NCBI GenBank assembly: GCA_964016885.1
Contig: OZ024744.1
Location: 85,498,001-85,562,000 of the forward strand
Length of the DNA: 64,000 nt
Reading direction: 5' to 3'
Source: Eledone cirrhosa
Lineage: Eukaryota
Positions 1 to 16,189 of this stretch are shown piece after piece. Position 1 is the first letter of the stretch; each line of letters starts with the position of its first letter. Position numbers and translations under genes: made by a program. Under the pieces are notes generated by a model. The model saw only the letters and a program-made list of their open reading frames with translations. It ran no database searches and was not told where the DNA came from.

Positions 1-179
1 GGGCTGCAAAGCTCGCCGCATCGAGGCTGACATTCACCACCTCCTGACCTTGCCGAGTTGACCTGGAGGCCGATTCCCGCCAGGGCAGGAACCATCGATT
101 GAAGGTCATGGCAGACCGTTCGAACGGGCCCGCCCAACGTAGCATCATCCAGAAACCAAACGTTGAGAGGGACCGTAAG
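1..179 (-). mobile_element. 5'-truncated non-LTR retrotransposon RT fragment, CRE/SLACS-like (continues beyond window start)
   Basis: Manual minus-strand translation from 179: LTVPLNVWFLDDATLGGPVRTVCHDLQSMVPALAGIGLQVNSARS, then a frameshift, then EVVNVSLD. Shows the RT catalytic FLDD plus the GL.vN..K.E motif; the LNVW(Y/F)LDD.TLGG signature is typical of CRE-clade RTs. Confidence 0.7.
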
Positions 180-419
180 ATCGAGTTAAACTGATTAATC
201 CCAGTGGAATGAAGATAGAAGTGATGAAACATGGAAACAACTACTTTGGCTAATGTTTAGATTTTTCATCGCATTCCAGGATTTTATTGTAATTATAACA
301 TTTTCGGCTAACGATTGAGGATTTGGTACATGTATATAATTTGTGGATAACTATGTGCCAATTCAGGTTGGAAGAACATTCTTCTGCAAATAAAACAAGA
401 AAGTCAACAGAGGAAACCT

Positions 420-600
420 TTATCTTAGGTCCTTGCTCAATCATCCGGATATAACAGCCAAATCTCCCTCAAATCACATAGCCATATTATAAAATGGAAA
501 TGATACATTAGAAAATATATTCCTGAGTATACAAAATAAAACATGGACTGGTTAAGACAAGAAAGCCTTCGTTCATAAATCAACACGATCACAAAGTGAT
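420..600. repeat. Dispersed unclassified repeat (probably SINE-like); related pieces at ~9200-9460, 28390-28480, 29950-30335, 36060-36150
   Basis: Motifs aacagccaaatctccctcaaatcaca / gctatttctagc / agaggctccctc recur in several places in the window. Confidence 0.4.
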
Positions 601-920
601 TTGCATCTAAGCAACAAAAACAACAACAACAAAAAAAAAACAACAACCCAAAACAATAAAACAGGAATAGCCTTACTTTATGAGATAGAGGAATAATCTT
701 AAAATCTGCAAGTACTACTATGGATGAATTATGATATGAGAGGAATACAGCGTTCTCAATGACATGTACCGGTTAATCTCTCAGAATGGAAGATTAAGTT
801 CCCGTTGTAGGAGCACAACAATCACGGACAAATAATATCATTGTATATGTAATATATATATTTATGATAGTCTGTATGGCTGCTTGTATGTATGAATATA
901 CATAAATCTATATATATGTA

Positions 921-983
<63 letters not shown>

Positions 984-991
984 GTATATAT

Positions 992-1241
992 ATTATTAGA
1001 AATGTAAACTATCACCATATTTTGACTAAAGAAATTAAAGAAATTATTTACCCTGATAGTGGGGTTAAGAACCCTCAGAGAAATGGAAAAAGATGAGTAT
1101 TGACGTTCATATGTTGACTCCCATGAACGTCAATACTCATCTTTTTCCATTTCTCCTAGGGTTCTTAACCCCACTATCAGGGTAAATAATTTCTTTAATT
1201 TCTTTAGTCAAAATACGGCGATAGTTTACATTTCTAATAAT
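992..1241. repeat. Near-perfect long inverted repeat (119-bp arms, 12-nt loop) inserted in (TA)n
   Basis: 992-1110 is the reverse complement of 1123-1241 with a few mismatches; loop atgttgactccc. Confidence 0.9.
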
Positions 1242-1273
1242 TTCAAACCCGCTCGCTGTTTCGAAAATATTCT

Positions 1274-1357
<84 letters not shown>

Positions 1358-1438
1358 TGGACCTGTAATTTTTATCTAAGTACATGTTTTCCAATTCCAA
1401 CCAGCACGTCCCCTCATTCTGTCTTATTTCTCATTCTT

Positions 1439-1474
1439 TCTTCTGATGAAGGACTAGTGTCGGAAACGTCAAGA
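1439..1474 (+). ncRNA. Minimal type-I hammerhead ribozyme motif (Penelope pLTR type)
   Basis: tctt-CTGATGA-a-ggac tagt gtcg-GAAA-cGTC-aaga: stem I tctt/aaga, stem II with one mismatch, loopless palindromic stem III. The element ends in (CA)n at ~1559. Confidence 0.65.
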
Positions 1475-1554
1475 GCCTCCTCCTGCTATATCAAACGTTA
1501 ACCTAATATATCCCTTCCATTTACTGCACCGATTGTGTTGTTATTTCTGTTTAC

Positions 1555-1637
<83 letters not shown>

Positions 1638-1694
1638 CATATATATATTATAGATAACGAGGAATCAGTAACGCATCAAACCATTATTTATTAA

Positions 1695-1784
1695 CATATT
1701 ACATATGTTTCTTCGTCGATCAGCTCGAGGCAGGATCTGTTACAGATCGAACCCGGCTCTGCATTCGAAGGTTCTTCAGATACG
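1695..1784 (-). ncRNA. Type-I hammerhead motif with long stem-II insertion (copy 1)
   Basis: Reverse complement: cgtat-CTGAAGA-[~60 nt incl. hairpin gatctg-taa-cagatc]-GAAA-catatGTA-atatg. Confidence 0.6.
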
Positions 1785-2038
1785 TCTTGTGTGTTCAAAA
1801 ATATTCCATATTATACCCTGCTCTGCGTGAGCATCGAGTGCTCAACTGGCATACCGCCTACGGACGCATTTACCTGCAACCATACAACAACTCTATATAT
1901 ATATATATATATATATACTCTTTAACTTGTTTAACTGTTCCAGCTATAGTAAGAAATGCGTAAACAGCCGAAGTGTATTATAAAGGTATATCCGTAAAAA
2001 TAGAAAGTGTATAACCGAGACTGCACAAGTGTGTATAA

Positions 2039-2158
2039 ATATATAAACTTATCTAATATGTAGGCATGTAAACATGTAAGCATGTCTATATATGTTTAAT
2101 ATATAAACTTATCTAATGTGTAGGCATGTAAACATGTAAGCATGTCTATATATGTTTA
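2039..2158. repeat. 60-bp tandem duplication
   Basis: Lines starting at 2041 and 2101 are nearly identical. Confidence 0.85.
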
Positions 2159-2244
2159 CATGTTGGCGCAGAGCAGAGTATAATACTATAAGGATAAGGA
2201 ACAAGATTCAGTGTTGCATCATTACATCATAACATATTTAATGA

Positions 2245-2334
2245 CATATTACATATGTTTCACTATCGATCAACTTGAGGCATGACCTATTATAGATTGA
2301 ACTTAACTCTGTAATCGAAAGATCGTCAGATATG
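2245..2334 (-). ncRNA. Type-I hammerhead motif with long stem-II insertion (copy 2)
   Basis: Reverse complement: catat-CTGACGA-tctttcgat...atcgatagt-GAAA-catatGTA-atatg; perfect 5-bp stem I; same length as copy 1. Confidence 0.65.
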
Positions 2335-2454
2335 CTTAGTATATGATTTTGTTTCCGATCCTGTGCGTTCATACGTGTTTGTGTGTATCTTAATATTTGC
2401 ATCAGCACCATTGGTGGTCAAAATCTATGTGAGGTGCGCACGAGGAAATAACGT

Positions 2455-9140
<6,686 letters not shown>

Positions 9141-9479
9141 TAAATTAGCCACAATGACAACTAGTACAATATTATGTTACATAACTCCCATTTCTTGCTG
9201 GTGATGATGTTTAATCTCTGGTTAAATTTTATCAAGTATATGTCTGATCAAAGGTAGACGTTCCAGCCCTGACCATCACGAGTCATGTCTGTTAGGACTA
9301 TCTCATTTCATGTCATACTTCTGTATATTTCTGTATTTAACTCTATAGGTTGTGCAATTTCCTGTATATATTGTTCAATGTAAATCTGGTTGATTTTATC
9401 TAGCTAGGGCGATCGAGACTTCACAGAGGCTCCCTCATTTACTCGAAATATCGTCAAATTAATTTAGTACAAAAGTTCT

Positions 9480-9640
9480 TGACCTTGTGTTTAGGCTCGC
9501 GAATGTGAGGTCATAGGTTGAATCCTTTAAAGTTTTAACGGATGGTGTGATGAGTCGTTGTAATATACTACTTTATTTCACGTCGCTCCAATCCACATAA
9601 TTATTACCAACAAAACTTGCAACAAAATAACGTCCCGTCA
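9480..9640 (+). mobile_element. Degenerate tRNA-derived CORE-like SINE
   Basis: tRNA-like gtgaggtcataggttgaatcc followed by actttatttcacgtcgctcc, shared with the copies at 28035, 44460 and 50700. Confidence 0.5.
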
Positions 9641-10557
9641 AGGAAATGGGGCGGAGATGAGTGTTATTTTACTCTGAGTGGCTTAAAGCTGCGTGGAAAT
9701 GCTGAGGTTCAGCAGGAAATGTTTTTTTAAGGAATGGTGAGGTAGAGACTAGAGACAATGATCTGAATTATTTCATTGATGGCGTGTTTGAATCCATGCA
9801 GAAGGCTAGTTACGTTAAAATGAAATGGCATTTGATCTAGCGTCCTACCAGGATACAACTCGCATGAATTTTCTTGGTTTTTTATTGATAAAATTTTGAA
9901 TTTAAAATGGCGGCCTGGTTTATCGCCCGCAAATATGTTCCATGACTATTACGGTGAGAATATTGTACAAATATTAAATATATCGCTGTGTGGTAATTCT
10001 GTTCTCATGCAAGATTCGTGTTCTTGCAGCATTATGTAAAAACATTATATAGGTGAAATGTACATAGTAATATACAAACATGTACTTAAATACTAAAACA
10101 TACACATACACACGCATGCAATGGCATAAAAACACGCACACTCACACACGCACACGCATGCAATGGCATAAAAACACGCACACTCACACTCACACACACA
10201 TGTATGTTTGAACTTCCGATGTTTCCAACGACCTCTCCCCAGTTGTTTGATCACCCGGAAGAGACTCCTCCTGAAATTAACATTCAAGCGTCTCAGCGTT
10301 TCATAGATACGTGCTCCTTCAACGTAATTCTCAGACCGATTCAGCGTTTGAGTCTGTGTGACATGGCTGGCCTGTCCTGTGGAATTACAGGCTAAACTTG
10401 TGTTTGTCAACTGAGCTAAGTGGAATCGAAATCACTACCAGACACGAAAAAAATGTGGAGAAAATGTGAAACTGGAAGGAAGCATCAGCTTCCAATATAA
10501 AAATCTAATCTTCTATATGTATTGTAAACTGATGAGAATAGAAGCGGATAGAAGAGC

Positions 10558-10588
<31 letters not shown>

Positions 10589-10640
10589 TGTATGTATGTA
10601 TGTATGTATGTATGTATGTATGTATGTATGTATGTATGTA

Positions 10641-11244
10641 GGTCACCAGTTGGTGCTACTGGTAACATGTATCCCAGTACAACCTGTCCCATGGTCGGGT
10701 CGTTGGCGACTAAACTGGCAACCCCACCAAGGTTTCTTGGTGAGGAGGGTGACTTTGGACATCCTGCAGGACTAAAAACAAGACCTGTCAAAGGGCAAAG
10801 GAGCTCTTAAGAGTCAATGGCCATCCAAAATCACCGGGAGAGATGACCCCTTAGCCTTTGTCAAGGCAGAATTCTAGGAGAAGGAAAACTCTGATATAAC
10901 ACCTGCAACTCTGATGGTATCCAATGATGTTGACTTGTTCTTCTTTTTGGTAAATATCATCTTGGTTAAGAGAGTGGGACTGGCTTTGTGCAGTGCCTTT
11001 GCTCACTATAAAAGCTTCACGGCACAGGCATTGCTTTATATCTGGAGATCTCTCTGCACTTGTCGTCACAGGGTACCATGGCCCCAGCACTATGTGTCAA
11101 TATTTGTCACAAGTGTAGTGTTTGTACCAGAGTTTTCAAGTCGCTGGCTGGACTAAAAGGTCACACTCGTTCAGTGCATCGGTAGGGGTTCTCCTATATG
11201 GATATAAAGTAGTGGCCGTACTCGAAAACGAGTTGGCAGCCACC
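10641..11244 (+). mobile_element. Non-autonomous, internally deleted RTE-like retroelement (~600 bp), copy 1, in (TATG)n
   Basis: Contains the RTE-type 5'UTR motif ctaggagaaggaaaactctga. The 3' part encodes a terminal C2H2 finger, CSVCTRVFKSLAGLKGHTRSVHR*, followed by an (ATGT)n tail. Near-identical copy at 54250-54836. Confidence 0.7.
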
Positions 11245-11255
11245 ATGTATGTATG

Positions 11256-11286
<31 letters not shown>

Positions 11287-11552
11287 GAATGTATGTATGT
11301 TGGTATTTTGGTATGTATGTATGGCTCAATGTATGTATGTATATATGTATGTACGTATGTATGTAAGAATGTATGTATGATGTATGTATGATGTATGTTG
11401 GTATTTTGGTATGTATGTGTGTATGTGTCAATGCATGTATGTATGTAAGAATGTGTGTATATATGTATATATGCATATATGTATGTATATATTATGTATG
11501 TATGTTGGTATTTTGGTATGTATGTATGTTTGTGTGTATATTCGTATGTATA

Positions 11553-11847
11553 TTCTTCTGGTTTTATAATTTCACAAAGTTTTACCAATAGAGAGAGAGT
11601 CGGTTTCTAACATAGACACAAGACTCTCTCATTGGAATTTACACAACATCAACTAGGTAGATTATGTATACATGCATGCATGTGTAGATATGGATGTTAT
11701 TGTATGTGTGGATGTGGATGTTTTGAGTTGTATGTGTGCATGTGTATATGCTTTGTATCTGTACATGTGTATATGCAGTTATTAGATGCAAAATTTTTGG
11801 AATGTTTTACATATTTTTACTGTTCTATTAATGGATTGTACTTGTAA
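11553..11847 (-). mobile_element. Short 5'-truncated copy of the R4/Dong-like LINE 3' end
   Basis: 11623-11847 nearly identical to 12058-12281; the terminus ...accagaagaa runs into (CATA)n. Confidence 0.85.
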
Positions 11848-11890
11848 GAATGTATGTATGTAAGAATGTATGTATGTATGTGTGTGTGAA

Positions 11891-14800
11891 TGTTCTTGTG
11901 GTTTTATAATTTCACAAATTATAAAATCTACCTAGTTGATGTTGTGTAAATTCCAATGAGAGAGTCTTCTGTCTATGTTAGAAACCGACTCTCTCTCTCT
12001 ATTGGTAAAACTTTGTGAAATTATAAAACCAGAAGAACATACATACACAACTCACAACTCTCTCATTGGAATTTACACAACATCAACTAGGTAGATTATG
12101 TATACATGCATGCATGTGTAGATATGGATGTTATTGTATGTGTGGATGTGGATGTTTTGAGTTGTATGTGTGCATGTGTATATGCTTTGTATCTGTACAT
12201 GTGTATATGCAGTTATTAGATGCAACATTTTTGGATTGTTTTACATATTTTTACTGTTCCATTAATGGATTGTACTTGTAATTTCCTAACTAGTTGTGTT
12301 CTTTCTGTTCCTGTGAAGCCTAGCTTCTCAAGATTTGTATTGAGGCAGTTACTAACATACCCCAGTGCCCCAATAATCACAGGCATAAATCTGAAGGTGT
12401 AATCAGGGTGGAGTATTTGCAGATTTCTCATCAGTTCTGCATAAATATTCTTTTTTTTGCTAATCTTTGATAACATATTGGCATCTGTTGGGCAGCTAAT
12501 TTCCACTACTGTGCATGTTTTCTTCTGCCTGTCCCATATCATAATATCTGGTCTGTTATGTCTGCATTTTATTGGGGTTTTTACTGGAAAATTCCACCAC
12601 TACTCTTTCATATTATGTACATGGATGTCTTCCACATTGCTGTAGCATATAATGTGTTTATTATCGGGGCTATCTTTTTTACGAACTGCATTGTTCAGTG
12701 TTTTGGCCACTACATCATGCCTCATAGGTAGATAGTACCGCGATGACATCTTTACATGACAGCTGCTGATGCCATGGGTGATATTCTCGATGTTAGTTCT
12801 GCAGAGTCTGCACTTGTTATCACATCTAGGTGTTTTGCCTGCATCCCTATCTCTTTTGTGAATCAGGTATTTCGTGTTAATATCCTGTTCTTGGATTGCA
12901 AAAGCGTATCCTTCAAAGTGGGAGCCAATATAGCGGTCGTTGGTCCAAGATAGACTACTTTCCTTATCTATATTACTCTCACTCTGGAGCTTCCTGGCAA
13001 CATATCCATGCATGATTTTTTGCTGACAAGCATGCAATTTTTCATCCATTGATTCACTGCGATACTGCTGAGCGACTTCCCTGGGTGTGAATTTTTTATT
13101 ATCAAACTGGGAATATCTCTCGAGATGTTCTTTCCCAACTCTCATTTTCTTATCTGTTTCATGCAGATAGACTTGCTCGAGAAACGGGCTCCTACGCTTC
13201 GAGGTTCGTAGATGTCGGAGAGATATGATGCGACATTCAAATGTTGCCTGGACTGATGTTAGGCTTCTGCCTCCCTGCTTACGTTTCAAGTAAAGGCGGT
13301 CTATGTCTTATTGATGTGGAAGTTTCCGGTATTTTTCGAGTTCCAACATCAACTGCTCGGATTTCGTCTATCGTCCAATTGAGTATTCCAAACGTTGGTG
13401 TAAGGACAGGCACAGCAAACACATTCTGAGCCAATGTTTTGTTTTGCGCAGAGAGTTCCGATGACCAGATCTTTCTTAATCGGGTGAGGTATTCCCTGGT
13501 TACGCGTTCTTTATTATATATACCATTATAGTATATGTTCTCATCTATCCCCAGGTATCTGTAGCAGTCCTCCTCAGATATCGGTGCAACAGTTAGACCA
13601 TTGATGACAATGTTGCTAGATTGGGTTGTTGTTTTTCCCCGCTTTACAGTCATGTATGAGCATTTATTTTGATCAAACTCCATTCCTATATCCTTTGAGA
13701 ATGTTGAAACCAGGTCAAGATTTTTCTTCATCCCATCCTTATTCTTGGCATGAAGTTTCAGATCATCCACAAATAAATTATGGGTTAGGTTCGTATTTCT
13801 GTCCTCCTGTGAGCCAATGATGTATCCCGCACATTTCTTGAGCAGAAAGGACAAGGGGTTTAATGACAAGATGAACAATATCACAGAGAGACTGTCTCCC
13901 TGAAATATACCTCTGCGATATTTTATTTTATCAGTGAAAATAGAGTCCTCCCTCTCTGTCTTTAACCTTATGATAGTAGCCCAAGAAGAAGACAGCCTCT
14001 CTATGGCTCTGACTATAATGTCTGGGACTTTAGCAAGTTGGAGGGCCTCTATCATCCAAGAGTGGGGAACAGAATCGAAAGCTTTCCTGTAGTCCAGCCA
14101 GACTGTACCCATATTCCTCCTAAGTTGTCGCACCTCCGACATCGCAGTTTTGTTGATTAGGAGTTGTTCAGCACAACCCCAAACCCCTTTCTTTCCAACT
14201 GCTTGTTCATCTGTGATGATGTTATTATTTTTACAGTGATCTTGGAGGAATAGGTTCATGCAGGCTGTATACATCTTATACATCAGGTTCTGACATGCAA
14301 TGGGTCGGTAGTTTTTTGCCAAGTGGGTGTCTTTGTTCTTGGGGACCAGTAATGTTTGTGCTAATGTCAACAATTCTGGTATAAGTGTATCTCCCTTACG
14401 AACTTGTTGGTAGAGGTCAGTAAGACACCTCCGATAGAATATCAGTTTTTTGTACCAGTAGCCGACAATCATGTCTCTTCTTGGAGTTTTCTTATCTTGG
14501 AACACAGTCTCAAGGGTACCCTCACTTATTTCGTATGTTTTTGTTGTAGTGTAGGAGCAATAGTTCTTTCGGATTTCTCTTAGTCACACTGTATCTTGGT
14601 TGAAATTCTTCTTTTCACCCCATATTTTGCTCCAAAAGGAATGTATGTCTTTCTGGGATGGGGCCTCAGTGACACTTATAATTTTGTTCTTCATATCTCT
14701 ATACACTGTTTGGTTTCGTCTGATTCTTTTATTAAGCAATTTTCTCTCATCTACCTTCTTCAGGTATCGGCGTTTTTCGCTAACAGCTCTCAATTCTTGT

Positions 14801-16084
14801 TTGAGGTTGATCAGCTTATATTGAAGAGTTCTGTTTCTACTGTTACCAAACATCGTCTCTATTTTATTTTTCACACTTTGTTGGCGAGGAGTGAGGTTTT
14901 TTGTGTGTTTGTTTGCATATAAGGAGCATTGTCACATATCCTATGGTTTTTCGTAGGTCAGCAATCTTTTTTTTTTTCTATTTTAGTTATATATGATGGT
15001 ATTTTTTGTGGTGTTCTGTTCCTGTTTATATCTCTGCTATCACCAAGATAATGCTTCACTGTCGTTGCTAAGGTATATAAACAGGCGTTGATTTGCCAAA
15101 ATGTTGGGGTCTTTATCCATCGTAAATATTCATCCCCTATTTCGTCAATAACACGTAATATTTCATTATTTGGTTTTTTATTAAACATTGTCGTTTTAAT
15201 ATGTTCAGCAAGAGAGATATTCATACATGAATTAATTTCTCTCTGGAAGATTTCGTTGAGGGAAATTTTCAATTGTTTATACTTTTAATTATTATCATTA
15301 TCGATAGTATTTTCCACAACAGTCGAGGTAGACTCGGATGGTACACGTGGTGTCAAATTTCTTCGATTATTATTATTATTATTTCTTCGATTATTATTAT
15401 TATCGATAGTGTTTTCCCCAGCATTCGAGGTAGACTTAGATGGTACAGGTGGTGTCAAGTTTCTTACAAGCATAGTTGTTTCAAGGCGCTGTTCGACCTG
15501 GCTGCTAGGAAGTCTAGTAGCATGGTGACCTGTAGCACGTGTTGTTGATCCCATGTTTTTTGTGGGAGACTTATAATTAATACTATTTATCTTATTTTTA
15601 CGTTCAATGTCGCTTGTTGGCGTAATTGTTTCGCTGTGAAATAATTTAGTTCTGGGTGTAGCTTCATTCTGTTCATATAGCCAATGGAGGGATTGTTTTT
15701 TGCCATTTTATAACAATTAAATAAATCATTATTAACTTCGCAACTCCAAGAGAAATGCGATTTATAATTTCGGTTTCTTCTGTAGCTACAACTGAATAAA
15801 GTTTGTTTACCTTTCTTGTTGTTTGTCTTCGATACTTCCTTAATTTTGTTGTTGATGTTGTGTTCAGCCATGCTGTTTGTAGCAAATCCCTGTAAAATGA
15901 ATTATGTATTTAGTCGGATATCTCTACGAAATCGAATAAAAGGTGTCTTCAGAAGATATAGTTAGAAGAATAACCACTTATTCAACATGACTGTAGTTGT
16001 GGCATTACTGTTGGAGATAGTATTCATCTTAAATTTAACAAATAGTCTCCCACGCCAAAATATGAGACTGATCGTTTTGACCCT
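11891..16084 (-). mobile_element. Near full-length R4/Dong-clade non-LTR retrotransposon with rearranged (inverted) 3' terminus
   Basis: Single degenerate ORF with an N-terminal myb-like region, RT, CCHC knuckle and REL endonuclease; flanked by (TATG)n on both sides; 11925-12040 is an inverted copy of the 3' terminus. Confidence 0.9.
12216..15871 (-). pseudogene. Frameshifted R4-like LINE polyprotein (RT + zinc knuckle + restriction-like endonuclease)
   Basis: ORF pieces contain NYRPIAC, WLDYRKAFDSVPH, GIFQGDSLS, LFVDDLK, YRYLG, CRLC..ENITH..SSC, RHD and (R)PDI..VEISCP.D....K...Y..L. The N-terminal W..EVN.DL..CY..A....GY..RM is typical of the R4 clade. Confidence 0.92.
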
Positions 16085-16189
16085 GTATGTATGTATGGAA
16101 GAATGTGTGTATGTATGTATGTATTTATATATTTATATATGTATATATGTATGTATACATGCATGCATACATGTATGTATGTACATATG

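Noticed and set aside
10529-10558. CTGATGA as hammerhead core
   Set aside because: No stem II or GAAA downstream. Likewise ctgaaga at ~3629 and ctgacga at ~56542 lack supporting helices.
15990-16084. HDV-like ribozyme at the R4-like LINE 5' end
   Set aside because: Only a simple hairpin (agtctc/gagact) was found; the nested double pseudoknot could not be assembled.
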